A stretch of DNA of 64,000 nt, taken from NCBI RefSeq assembly GCF_964355755.1, contig NC_092673.1, positions 22,255,648-22,319,647 on the forward strand, given 5' to 3'. Source of the stretch: Antedon mediterranea. Lineage: Eukaryota > Animalia > Echinodermata. The notes below the pieces were generated by a model, which searched no databases, was not told the origin of the DNA, and worked only from the letters and a program-made list of their open reading frames with translations. Made by a program: the position numbers and the translations under genes. Shown here piece by piece: positions 39,201-50,794 of this stretch (its first letter is position 1; each line of letters starts with the position of its first letter).

Positions 39201-42200
39201 GTCAAAAAAGAGTAGCAGGGTAACAGATTTAGAAAAGGTACGTAGGAGAAATAAACTGAGTAGCTCGACAAACTCTCTTAAATTTATATTGGTTTATTTT
39301 TATGAACTTATCTTACCTCGGTTAACTAATTGGTTGTTTTTATTATAGTAGAACTACTTTTCAACAACCACACACAAGTCAGAAAATCAATTTTTCTTGT
39401 ATTTTTTTTAGCAAGCCCGAGATTTACAAGCTATGCTGAATGATCAGAAACAAGATGTTTGTGGACAAACCCAGGAGCTGCGGTTAACACGAGAGCAAAT
39501 GCAGCGACAAGAGATCAACTTGGCCGAAGTTAAACGACAAATGGCAGATGTAGAACGTGAAAAGGTTGAATTTAATTTGCATGTGTTCTGTCCCCTGAAA
39601 GTAACCATAAAATACACTTTAAAAAACTTGTAGGGTCACCATCCATCTCTCTTTGTATATAGTATTATTATGTTACTGAGATACATAATATTTATTATTG
39701 TATTATATACTATATTTATTATTACTATTAATATGATTAACTATTCTTAGCTTAAAAGACCAAATGTAAAGCTCTGTCTACACTATCGAACTAAGTCTGA
39801 TGTCCCCAAATATGGTAGTGTTATGAGCAAATATGGTAGTGGTATATATAATAATGATAATTATTTTTCATTTTATAGATATAAATATGCTAAGTTCAAA
39901 CACAAGGTCAAATTTGATAGACACATTTTAACCATTTTGTATGTACTAATTAACTAATAATGAGTCAAATGCTTTTAACAGAATCGTATTGAGAGGGAAT
40001 TGGAAGAGATGGTTAATTTGTGTGAAAGTAAAGATTCCAACAACATAAGATTAGCGGAAGAGGCTGGAGCAGCAAAAGCTAGGGAAACATCTGTGCATTC
40101 CAAGTTATTAGCTGAGCTAGAGGGCACAAAGAAACAACTGCTAGAAGAACGAACAGAGATGGAGAGACAGGTCAGTTGCCTTGATAATCAGTTTAGACCA
40201 AAGCACACAAGGGAAAATATTATGTTTTAATTTCATTTACTTTTATTAACAAAAAAACAAGTAAAATGAAAAATCATTCACTTATAAAATGGAAAAAATA
40301 ATGATGAAATTGCGACAAAAGGCTGGCCATGCAAACAACTCAAGTTGGATAGAAAGATGTTTTTATATATTAAGGAAAATTTATTAACAATTTGTGGTTT
40401 AACTCTATAGCTAACACAACTGCAAGAAAGCTACTCAGAGCTATTAGCCTCCAAGAATCAACAAGAAGCAACACATAAAGTGCAGGTACAACAGATGCAA
40501 GAACTGGAGACTAAGTGGCTGGAGGAAATAAGGCTAGCAGAAGACCACATAACAAGTTTAGACAATGAATTAAAGGCAAGAAAAGAAGTTATCAATGCTG
40601 CCAACGAAGCGATTGTCATTAAGGTAACGATTATTACTTAGTGGACAACGTATTGTCCACCAAAAATATAAAAAATGAAGATTAATAAAATCAGATTTAA
40701 AATTGGTCATTTTATAGTTTTAACAAAGTTAATCACTTCTGTAGAAAAACAAAAACCCCAAAAATAATGTTTTCACAGCCAATAAATGGTTACATATACA
40801 TACCACCACAGACTATGAAACATGAAGAATTACCAAAACATCTGTGTACATGAATCAGCAATGTTTATACCCTTTTCACATCTGCAAAATGAACAACTTG
40901 TAACAAAATTGTATTGGTTTGCATAGTGTGAATACAATTTTGTGGAAAATCACACCGATCATAGGCTTGTTTTTTTTCCGAGTTGTAACTCCACGCGTAT
41001 GTCTTGCCCTGGTATTAAACTGACCAATCATAGTAATCAAATAGCGCACAACTATGCTTTCTCCCGAGATTTCACAAGGTATGCGTTTGTGAAAATGTGT
41101 AATAAGTCAGGAGATCAAACCTGGTTACAACTTGTAACAATTTATGCAGATGTGAAAGGGTATTATTCTCTGTTATTAAATAAAATTGTGTTGCCTTTAT
41201 TGCTTTGATATAAATAACATTGTTTTAATATCTTTTTATCAAAATCCAGGAGGCAGAGGTTGCCAGGTTAAGTGCAAAAGTTTCAGGTTATGAACGAGCA
41301 GCATTTGCTCGGTCTCCTAGCCATAACATGACAGCGTCTTCTCGCCTGTCCATTGATTTTGGACAAGACATGGCTCATTCACCCCGTAAACGCAGTTCAT
41401 CAGACTTTTTTCTCTCCAACCTCGGCAGTGATATGCGGTTCAGTGGTGCAAGTTCACTTGCGTTTCCTTTTAGAGAAAGTAGTATGTTCAATTCAACAGC
41501 AACACATACCCCACACAAGAAAGACAGAGATTTCTATAAATCACAATCACTGGATTTGAGTAGCCCTACATATCATTCAATTGCTGGAGATCTTGCTCTA
41601 TCTGGTAGAAAACAAACAGGTATTATAAAGAAAGAATATCCTGATCAAAATCAATACGTTGACACTGAGTATATTTTTAAAAGAGCTAAAGATAACCAGG
41701 TTATTGGAGAGAGGGATCTGTCTCCCTATATGCCAGAAGAATCCCTTTTAGGTGCTCACGATGAGATGCCAGGCGACCACTTGCATTTAAGTGAAGATTT
41801 GCAAACACAGAGGAAGCGAGTAATTGACGACGGTAATTCTTCACCAATTGTGACCCCACTAAAAGAAAGGCTTGCAAGACAGAGAGCATTACTTGCAGCA
41901 TCACAGAAATCTAAATCTGCATTAGAACCTCACGATTTGTAAGTCAACATTTAATGTATTTAAAGAATCTTATTTGGGTCGGCGTGTGTGTGACCCGCGA
42001 TTGACTCCCCGATGGCCAATTGAAGCTCACCAGCAGTTTGCTAGTTTTCCATACTTGCTTCCCACTTTAACACATGCCCTCAAGTTTAAAAAAATATTGG
42101 ATAAAGATTTATTTTAATTCACAGCATGATGAATCTTCAGGAGCGTCTTAGAAATAATGAAAGCAGAAGAAGACAGGTTGACAGACAGCTATTTGGAACA

Positions 42201-42230
42201 GAAGATGAATTTAAACAAGATACATTATGA
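24231..42230 (+). CDS. CCDC18: coiled-coil domain-containing protein 18-like, ~25 exons
   Basis: Many short heptad-rich exons, e.g. 24216-24355, 24910-25090, 25896-26071, 28076-28337, 29584-29803, 32170-32337, 39982-40170, 40411-40623, 41250-41938, 42125-42230. The N-terminal DDTELMENVNSLRRRLMETEKNL and C-terminal LKARKEVINAANEAIVIKEAEVARLSAKVSGYE resemble CCDC18 as I recall it. The start codon is uncertain. Confidence 0.78.
25557..25747. mobile_element. PIF/Harbinger-like MITE
   Basis: TIR GGTCTTTCACACCTG(T/C)TCCGGCACGG at both ends; TAA on both sides. Confidence 0.8.
26280..26437. mobile_element. Harbinger-like MITE, AGCTCTGTCTACACTATCAAAC family
   Basis: TIRs with TAA flanks; further copies or fragments at ~27259-27305, 33061-33166, 35048-35180, 39770-39850, 42450-42850. 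Confidence 0.75.
33061..33166. mobile_element. Harbinger-like MITE, same family as 26280
   Basis: AGCTCTGTCTACACTATCA ... TGATAGTGTAGACAGAGCT, perfect 19-bp TIR. Confidence 0.8.
34197..34712 (+). repeat. 16-bp minisatellite (ATCTATGTAAAGTT[A/T]C)n, ~32 copies
   Basis: Directly visible array in a CCDC18 intron. Confidence 0.95.
35550..37690 (+). repeat. 44-bp minisatellite, ~47 copies
   Basis: Unit GTCACCAACATTCTGTATTCACTTTGTCACCTTAGTTTATGATT (period 35701 to 35745), highly homogeneous with degenerate edges; intronic. Confidence 0.97.
37778..39067. mobile_element. non-autonomous PIF/Harbinger-like DNA transposon carrying an L2 fragment
   Basis: TIR AGCCTGTTTTCCTGTCGACGTT at both ends; TTA TSD at 37775-37777 and 39068-39070. 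Confidence 0.85.
38052..38650 (-). mobile_element. 5'-truncated L2-like LINE (ORF2 C-terminus, 3' UTR, (TAA)n tail)
   Basis: ORF 38132-38602 (LSHIDYANALYYGLP..LHWLPI..DRSFAVAGPKIWNRLP) is the typical L2/CR1-group post-RT region; the 3' end is GCGCTATACAAG followed by (TAA)n. Confidence 0.88.
40868..41162. mobile_element. PIF/Harbinger-like MITE
   Basis: TACCCTTTTCACATCTGCA / TGCAGATGTGAAAGGGTA; TTA TSD. Confidence 0.75.
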
Positions 42231-42535
42231 TGGGATAAGTAGCCATCCTATGCATGCCAATATTTCAACAAAGGTTGTTATTAATAATTCTAAACGTCTC
42301 AACTATGTAGAATGTATTTATAGTTTATAGTCAGACTGCTCGATAAATACGAACAATTTCTCTTTTTTCGTCCAATTACTTTATTTAGTTTATTTAAAAA
42401 AAAAAAAAAATCTAAATTTTACTATTTGAAATATTAAACAAGTATTAAGCATAGTCTATACTATCAAACTTTATGTGTCAAAAAATGCCCATATATGTTA
42501 GTGCTATGCTTAAATATGGTAGTGATAGGACATAT

Positions 42536-42812
42536 GTCCACGTTGAAATGTCAACGTCAGATCACCGAAGTTACGCAACATTGGGCCTGGTTAGAGTTTG
42601 GATGGGAGACCATCTGGGAATATTGGGTGCTGTATGTGGAGCTGGGGTCCTGTTAGGCATTTGAAATCAGCATTGCTGACTCTTATGGCAGCCCCTGCAT
42701 CTAGTATCTGCCTTTCCTCTGGTGAAGGTGGGTCCTGGCTTTGTTTGTATCAAACCTGTTAGTGCCGGTAATTATCGCTGTTGGTTTCGATTGAATTAAA
42801 TAAAATACAAAT
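42536..42812 (+). mobile_element. 5S rRNA-derived SINE (SINE3-like) or 5S pseudogene, inserted in a MITE
   Basis: CCACGTTGAAA..CGTCAGATCACCGAAGTTACGCAAC..GGGCCTGGTTAG..TTGGATGGGAGACC..TGGGAATA..GGTGCTGTA is a degenerate 5S (to ~42634), followed by a ~160-bp body and A-rich tail; flanked by both halves of the 26280-family MITE. Confidence 0.75.
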
Positions 42813-44008
42813 TAAATATGGGCACATCACATAAAGTTTGGTAGTGTATACGATGAGTCTAATGGAATGGATTCCTTCAGTTCTGAATTTACTTCTGCAC
42901 TCATTAGATCAGGATTGTTAAAGTTATTAATTAAAGTACCGTATTTATTCAAATAAACGCCCCCGTCCCCCTTGTTTTGCGTAAAAAAATACATGTTTCT
43001 ATTTATCGTCGATCGTTATCGTCCTAATGTAATTATTAGGAGTTGTATACAGTATAATGTCTATTTTTAGTTTCTTTGTAAATGTAGGCCTATGTACTAA
43101 ACTTTTGAACATAACAACAACAACAACATGGAAAGTGAATATTATTAATGGTAGTACAATTTATTAATTATGAATATTATTTGTAATACATTTTTTGTAA
43201 GTTTTATTACAGTAGGTAATCTGAGTTTCCCACACATGGCCACTTGAACGTTGTCTTACACATTTCCATTAGTCGCCAAATTGGGATTCGGCAAACATGT
43301 AGAGCTGGCCTATAAAGTTATTCACTAGTTTATATATACCAGTATTATTGTTCATAAACTGTTTAAGATATTTCAGATGATTTTTTATTATACAATATAA
43401 ATATGAATATGACATCAGAAAATGATCAAAAGTTACACATACATACACGTTTTGTTTTGTTTCGCTTATTTTATGGGATTCTTATTAGATATCCGTAACT
43501 TCATCTATAATATTAGTCAATACATCAATCAATATTGAGTAAAGTTATTGGGTAGAAGTACTCTAATTTACCTTGGCCTATAATGCTCCGACTAATAATA
43601 ATAATTACCATGTAAGATTGTTATGCAAGACAACAATTAAATTAATCAATCGATATGTAAACAATACTATTAGTCTATTAGACTATTCAGAAATACAATA
43701 CAAGTTAACTGAATTGTCTGAAAAATATGAATACTAAAGTAAAACATAGTTACACACATTATAATAAACCTATATATTGAGCATAAAACAATGCTAAACA
43801 ATCATTTTCATTAGTGACCATTTTTTTCACCTTTACGCTATTTCAATACCTATTGCATAGATTAGTTACAATCGTATTGTAGGCCTAATATACTTTTTTT
43901 GCAAATACGATCATGTTATGTACCGCAACCTAATATTAAATTGATTATAATTTTCGAAATATTATTATCATTATTATTTGAATTGTATATGCATGAAAGT
44001 TTTCTATA

Positions 44009-47000
44009 CTAATAATTGAATATTTTTACATTATTGGATGCAAAATCTGCGACAGCTAGTTTTCTAGACCTGTTTGAAATCGCAGCGACTCCAGCAGGAA
44101 CATCTAAGCCATCCTCATCCTTATCTATTCGTTTTATAAAAGTACCATTTTTATCAAATAATTGTAGTTTGTGATAACTGGATACTATTAAATTCTCATC
44201 CATATCTATGGTTATACCACAAGGTCCATATATTTTATCTTCTTCACCATAGCTTATGAGGATTTTTATCAGCTTATCTTCAGCATTGAACATTTGTATT
44301 CTATTATTTCCAAATTCGGTAACTAACACATGACCATCCATTGTTACAGCAACATCTTTTGGTTGATTCATTTTACCTGCTTCACTACCTTCTGAGCCTA
44401 TCCTACCCAGTAGACTACCATTATCAATATTGAATTTAAACACACAGTGTTCATCCTCGTCTGCTACATACACTATCCTGGATTGTGTGTTCAATGCCAG
44501 ACCCTGTGGACTTTTTAAGACACCTTCCCCAAATGATCGAATTGTCTTAAATTTCTTATCACACATTACAACATTCTTATTTGATTGTTTATCACTATAA
44601 ACCATTTTACCATCACCTATTTGTTTCATATGTCCTACATTTGTAGACATCTTCTTCCTCTTAATAAATGTACCTGATTGATCGAACTTTAACACCTCTT
44701 TACTATCACTTGAAACTAATAGAAGTCCACCTGCATCTACCATTACATCTACGACTTTATGTTTCTTTTTATCTTTTTTATAATCTTTTATGTTATAAAT
44801 GGTTTGTACACATCCAAGTGGTTCCACCTTGATACTCACTGGTGACCCCTCAATATGCTCATCTCCATCTTTGATGTCCATCTTCCAATCTCCTTCTATG
44901 TTGCATTCACCATTTATTTTATATTCTCCATTTCCGTGGTATTCTACCTGGGTAGCTGATATATTTCCAGATGAGTTTTCCAGAGTTATTGCTAATTTAA
45001 ATGTAATACTACTTGCCGCTACTATTACTTTAACTGCAAATGGTTGTCCTTTTGTCACTGTAATTGACTCATCATCTTTGGAAACCTTGTAAATACCAGT
45101 CTTGGTTATCACAAGTTTACCAATGCCTTCTTTATTCACCAACTCCACCAGTTTAGAAACAGGAAAGAAAGTTTGTTGAATACTTGTTATTGGGTTAACA
45201 AAATCAGGACTAGAAACCCTCTTCTTTACCGTAAGGATAGTTGAATTGTGTGATGTAAATTTTTCCATTTCTTCTGGTTTATTTATCATTTTGTTGATTG
45301 ATGATGTCAGCATGTTTACTTCATTCAGCATTGAAAAAGTATCTTTACATTTGTCGTCAACGGGTTTAATCATTTCATAGTGATTCTTGTCAACAACTGC
45401 ATTCATTTCCGTGACTTGTCTTTTTACTTTTTTGATGAGTTCATTTGCCTGGAGTTCAATTGCTTTCTTGCATGAAGTGACATTTGATTCTAAGTCTGAT
45501 TTTTGTTTAGAGATGGAATCTAATTTTTCCTTTAACTTTCTTTTAACCTCCTCAGCTAGCTTCGTAGATTTAGTAACGCTTGCATTAAATTCATCTACGG
45601 CATCTTTCATCGGAACTACGTCATGTTTATTAATTAGGCAACGAAGAACAGACTTGCAATCTTCACAGTTGTAAGTGCGACAGGATTTACAGTAGTGCTC
45701 TATGAATTTGTCATGATCAATGCATAGCTTTTGTCCATCCATACATTCCTCCTCATTTCTATCAAGTGTGTATAGTGGATGATCTTTCAATGCAGGGATT
45801 ATTTTGTGATGTTTGATACATTGTCGACACATATACATCGAACAATCAGAACAGTAGTAATGTGGTTGACAATCACAACTTGAACATTTTTCTGGTTTTT
45901 CAGATTCAATCTTCTTTTTGTCAAAGAATTTGAATGCTTTTCCTGTTGACATCTATACATTTGAAAAAATAAATAGTTTAAGTTAAGTTAAACGAGTATG
46001 AGATTAGATATTTTTATTTTTATTTTACTTTATTTTTATTTTATTTCACACACATCCAACAGCAATATCGCCAATTATAGGATGCCTTAAAGAGTATATT
46101 ATATGAATATGAATGATGACCTGCTCTTGAATGACTGGTTCCGATTCATTAGGTTTCTCTACCTTTACAGGAGGTTCACTGACCTTGTCATCACATTCAA
46201 CAAGTTTTCGCTTCCTTTCTATATTCTCTTGTTTACACAAAATGTTATGTCTAAAAAAAATACAACCATGGAAGTGAAGTAATACAAATTGTCAAAATTA
46301 AGTAACAATACATGCAAGGACTTAAGTGCACCGCAAGTAAGCATACAAAGTTTAGACAGTTTAGATAATCAATCGCTTGTGATTGGTCTATTTACGTTGC
46401 GTTTGCCTTGCATCCTACAGTAATGAAACTAAACAGTATTATGAACTTTGCAAATATTGAGGTCGAAATTAGAACAAAGTAATTGGCTGAATTTGTACAG
46501 TGGTCAGTTGAATAGGGTCTGGGCTGTTGCACTCGAAATGCCATCAAACCACTTTGTACATGATTATATTCAGAATAGTGTGGAAAGATTAAATTGTCTA
46601 GTCACACGGTGTTGATCACAGTAAACTTAGACAAGATTTAAAGGTTTAAACTATGTGGACAGGATGACAATCAAATTGCACTTTCATACAACAGGCATTG
46701 TCTGTTGAAAATTGCAGGTGCTCATCAAACACATTCAGGTGTGATGTAGGTTTGCTGTTCGTGATGTAGTTTACCATATTGTAAATCACACTCTTTAAGT
46801 GCATCTTTAGAGTGTGATCGCACCTCCATGCCTCAAAAGACAACGCTTTGATACACAAACTGTACAAGAATTGTGGGGTTATATCAAATTATCTTCAGAA
46901 AGCTTACGTGATGGCATAGTCTATTGTGGATACTGGGTCTTCATTTGCCTCTTCTTTAATATGAAAGTCTTCAGGCATTGGAGACAGACTTGAGATATTT

Positions 47001-48263
47001 GTGGATTCTGGCAACTAATGGAATAATAAAAACATGTAATTTTAAATATATTGTTTACACTTTTGTTAAGTCAGTTTATGCTACAGTAATAAAAGTATAG
47101 CATTGGTGATAATGATATACAGTAAAGTGACACAATAAAAAGAAAATTTGCAAACAAATAAAAGAACTGCTAAGGGAAGAGCCAAGTTTTTATAATATTT
47201 ACAGGTTTTAATGTATGTTATCACTAACCTGATATGAACTTCCTTTAGCCACTTGCCGACTTATCTGTTGCGACTGAATGGTCTGCGGCGAGAGTGAGTT
47301 TAACTGTTGCTGTGAGATTACTTGTGGTTGTGAAATCACATTGGGATGTGAGAACAATCGTGGCTGTGAGATTATTTGCGGCTGCGCAGAAGAGGTATTG
47401 ACAATTTTTCTAGTGCTCGATGATGGTACTGCTTGCTGAATAAGAATTTTCTGAATCATATTTGTTGGTGTTTGTGTGGCTTGAAGTGGGGGCTGTCCTT
47501 TCGCGATCAATGCATTTTGCGATCGAGGTGTAAGAACTGTAACGTGTCGGACTGCTTTTTCCACTACAGCTTTGAAAGGCTGGTTTGATGGTAACTGAGC
47601 AGGCTGAATAGCTACATTTTGCTGGTGGAGTGTGGTCTGTTGGGATAGTTGCAAAATATTCTGTGAAGCACTCTGAGCTGTCGGTTGCACAACAGGGACA
47701 TTGAGTTTTCCTGCGGTTTGTTTAACACCACCTTGCAGAGGTTGCACACTTCTTTTGACAGTATGGATGTCTTCTGTTATGGCTTGCTTCATCTGAGGAT
47801 TCTGTGGGTTGGCGAACGTCACTGTTGAAGTTGGTAATCGGGTTAACTCCTGAGAACCGATCTGCATCGACTGCGTCACTGGAATAGCTGCTATGGACGT
47901 ATTCCGATTAGCCATAGTCTGTGGAACCTGAAACCGTTGAACAAATCTTGGTGAAGATGTAATTATCTGAGCTCTTGTAGTTGCAGTTTGGGTTGTTATT
48001 CTGGGTTGCAATGACTGTGGTTTAGACGTTATGGAAATATTAGGTGGTTGCTTTGGACGTATAACCTGTTGCTGGAACTGAAGATGTTGAGGCGGTTTGA
48101 CCAGTTGCCTCTGAGATATTCCTTGTGGAGTTGAAATCATAACTTGCTTTCCATCTCGTACTACTGCAGATTGGCCAGTGCTCGTCAATGTCACAATGTC
48201 TGTTGGCTCAGTCTTCACTGTGGAAATCATCCCTTGGTTCTGCATCTTCCCTTGATTCTGCAT
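44009..48263 (-). CDS. RING-less TRIM-NHL protein (Gln-rich N-terminus, 2 B-boxes, coiled coil, filamin repeat, NHL propeller), ~1071 aa
   Basis: Phase-compatible exons 48263-47229, 47014-46908, 46250-46121, 45952-44009; in-frame TAA two codons before the ATG at 48263. The last exon has B-box Cys/His patterns, filamin motif GDEHIEGSPVSIKV and NHL repeats (PQGLA, PKDVAV..GNNRIQMF, PCGITID). Confidence 0.8.
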
Positions 48264-48589
48264 CTTTTATCTTCTAAAAGGCTTCTTAACATTCACTAAC
48301 ATCTATAACCATAAACTTCAACAATCCATCTGATTGTTTTTCTAATTCTAAGATGAAGAAACAAAAAAATATAGATGAAGTCAGAGATCAAATTGTATTT
48401 AATGTCTGTGAAGTTGGTTACTAGTTCCTAGTTCCTAGTTCCTTATTCAAATTCAATTAAAGCGACAGTCACAAATATATTTTTAAAAACAGATTTTAAT
48501 ATGTAATAACTGTCTAATTGAGGTGTTATTGCATCAACATGTTAGCCTTGACCTCCTCTACTTCTTCCGGTCAAAGTTCAATAACATTT

Positions 48590-49733
48590 ATGCATTTACG
48601 CCCTCTACGGCGAATAAGTTACTAGCTTTTACGAACGTTATAACACTTGACCTACTTAATATTTTCAAAATATTTTTGTATAGATCGATGACTCTTGACC
48701 TACTCTACCATTTTCCACCCTAGTTCCGCGAACTTTGTTGCATCTACGCCCTCTACGGCGAATAAGTAACTGGCTTTACGAACGTTGGAACACTTGACCT
48801 GCTTAATTTTTTCATATTATTTTGGTATGAATCGATCACCCTTGACCTACTTTACCATTTGCCACCCCAGTTCCGCGAACTTTTTTGCGTCTACGCCCTC
48901 TACGGCGAATAAGTAACTGGCTTTTACCAACGGTATAACACTTGACCTACTTAATTTTTTCAAAATAGTTTGGTATGGATCGATCACCCTTGACCTACTC
49001 TACCATTTTCCACCCTAGTTCCGCGAACTTTTTTGCATTTACGCCCTCTACGGCGAATAAGTAACTGGCTTTACGAACATTAGAACACTTGACCTGCTTA
49101 ATTTTTTTCATAATATTTTGGTATAGATCGATGACCCTTGACCTACTCTACCGTTTGCCACCCCAGTTCCGCAAACTTTTTTGCGTCTACGTCCTCAACG
49201 GCGAATAAGTAACTGGCTTTTACGAACGTTATAACACTTGACCTACTTAATATTTTCAAAATATTTTGGTATGGATCGATCACCCTTGACCTACTCTACC
49301 ATTTGCCACCCCAGTTCCGCTAACTTTTTTGCGTCTACGCCCTCAACGACGAATAAGTAACTGGCTTTTACGAACGTTATAACACTTGACCTACTTAATA
49401 TTTTCAAAATATTTTGGTATAGATCGATGACCCTTGACCTACTCTACCATTTGCCACCCTAGTTCCGCGAACTTTTTTATATCTACACCCTCTACGGCGA
49501 ATAAGTAACTGGCTTTACGAACATTATAACACTTGACCTGCTTAATTTTTTCAAAATATTTTGGTATGAATCGATCACCCTTGACCTACTCTACCATTTG
49601 CCACCCCAGTTCTGCAAACTTTTTTGCGTCTACGCCCTCTACAGCGAATAAGTAACTGGCTTTTACGAACGTTATAACACTTGACATACTTAATTTTTAA
49701 AAATATTTTGGTATGAATCGATCACCCTTGACC
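48590..49733 (+). repeat. ~148-bp tandem array, left arm of foldback copy 1 (~8 units)
   Basis: Period measured 49138, 49286, 49434. Confidence 0.93.
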
Positions 49734-50794
49734 TGTCGTAACTATTATCACTCAATGAATAGTGTGCGCTTTTTAATTGTTAATATTAACGGTAACAGTT
49801 TTAATGAATATGTTAATTTTGCTGTTATAAGGTAGTGTAAACTTTTTTTACAGTTGCTGTAATGACATTTGAAAAAAAAACATTAGTTCAGCTTTGTTTG
49901 TTTTTTTTTGGTAGTTAGTGCTACCACTAACGAACCTGCTATAATTGCAGAGGAATTGAATACTTATTTTACAAATGTTGCAAATAATATAACGTCAAAC
50001 CTTCAGTTTACTGATGTTGATCCATGTTCATTTCTTAAACAATGTTCTTCTTTTCATAATGTTAGTACTGATTTTGTATTGAAAGAAATCTCCGAACTGA
50101 ATTCTGCGAAATCTGCTGGACACGACGGTATTGATGGTAAGCTTGTTCGGACGGCAGCCCCCATCATCGCACCTTTCCTCACACAGATTATTAATACTTC
50201 CATCTCCAGTCAGAGCTTCCCTCTCTCGTGGACAATTGGTAAGGTTACTCCCATCTTTAAATCCGGTAACAAACATCTACCGGATAACTACAGACCTATA
50301 TCTGTGTTACCTATCATGTCTAAGGTGATTGAGAAGGCCGTCGGCATGCAAGTACTGGAATATCTTTCTTCAAATAATCTTCTCTGCCCTAACCAATCTG
50401 GATTTCGTCCCACATATTCTACAATTACTGCTATCACTAAAACTCATGACAGCTGGATCCACAGTATAAATGAAGGTAAAATCATTGGTTCAGTTTTTAT
50501 TGATCTAAGGAAAGCGTTTGATCTAGTAAACTACGAAATTCTGTTACGTAAACTTCCCTTTATGGTCTTTCCGAATCGGCTGTGAAATGGTTTACAGCCT
50601 ATCTTACTGGACGTCAGCAACATGCCTGTTACAAATCAACTATATCGTCATCTATTAATTTCAACGCTGGTATACCTCAAGGATCCAACCTTGGACCACT
50701 ATTATTCTCCATATACATAAATGATCTCCCCAATTTTTTATCGTACTCTTCTATGGATATGTTTGCTGATGATACCATAATTTACAATTCTAGC

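Noticed and set aside
42536-42634. Functional 5S rRNA gene
   Set aside because: 5' end and internal deletion or degeneration, no T-run terminator, embedded in a MITE; treated as a SINE head or pseudogene.
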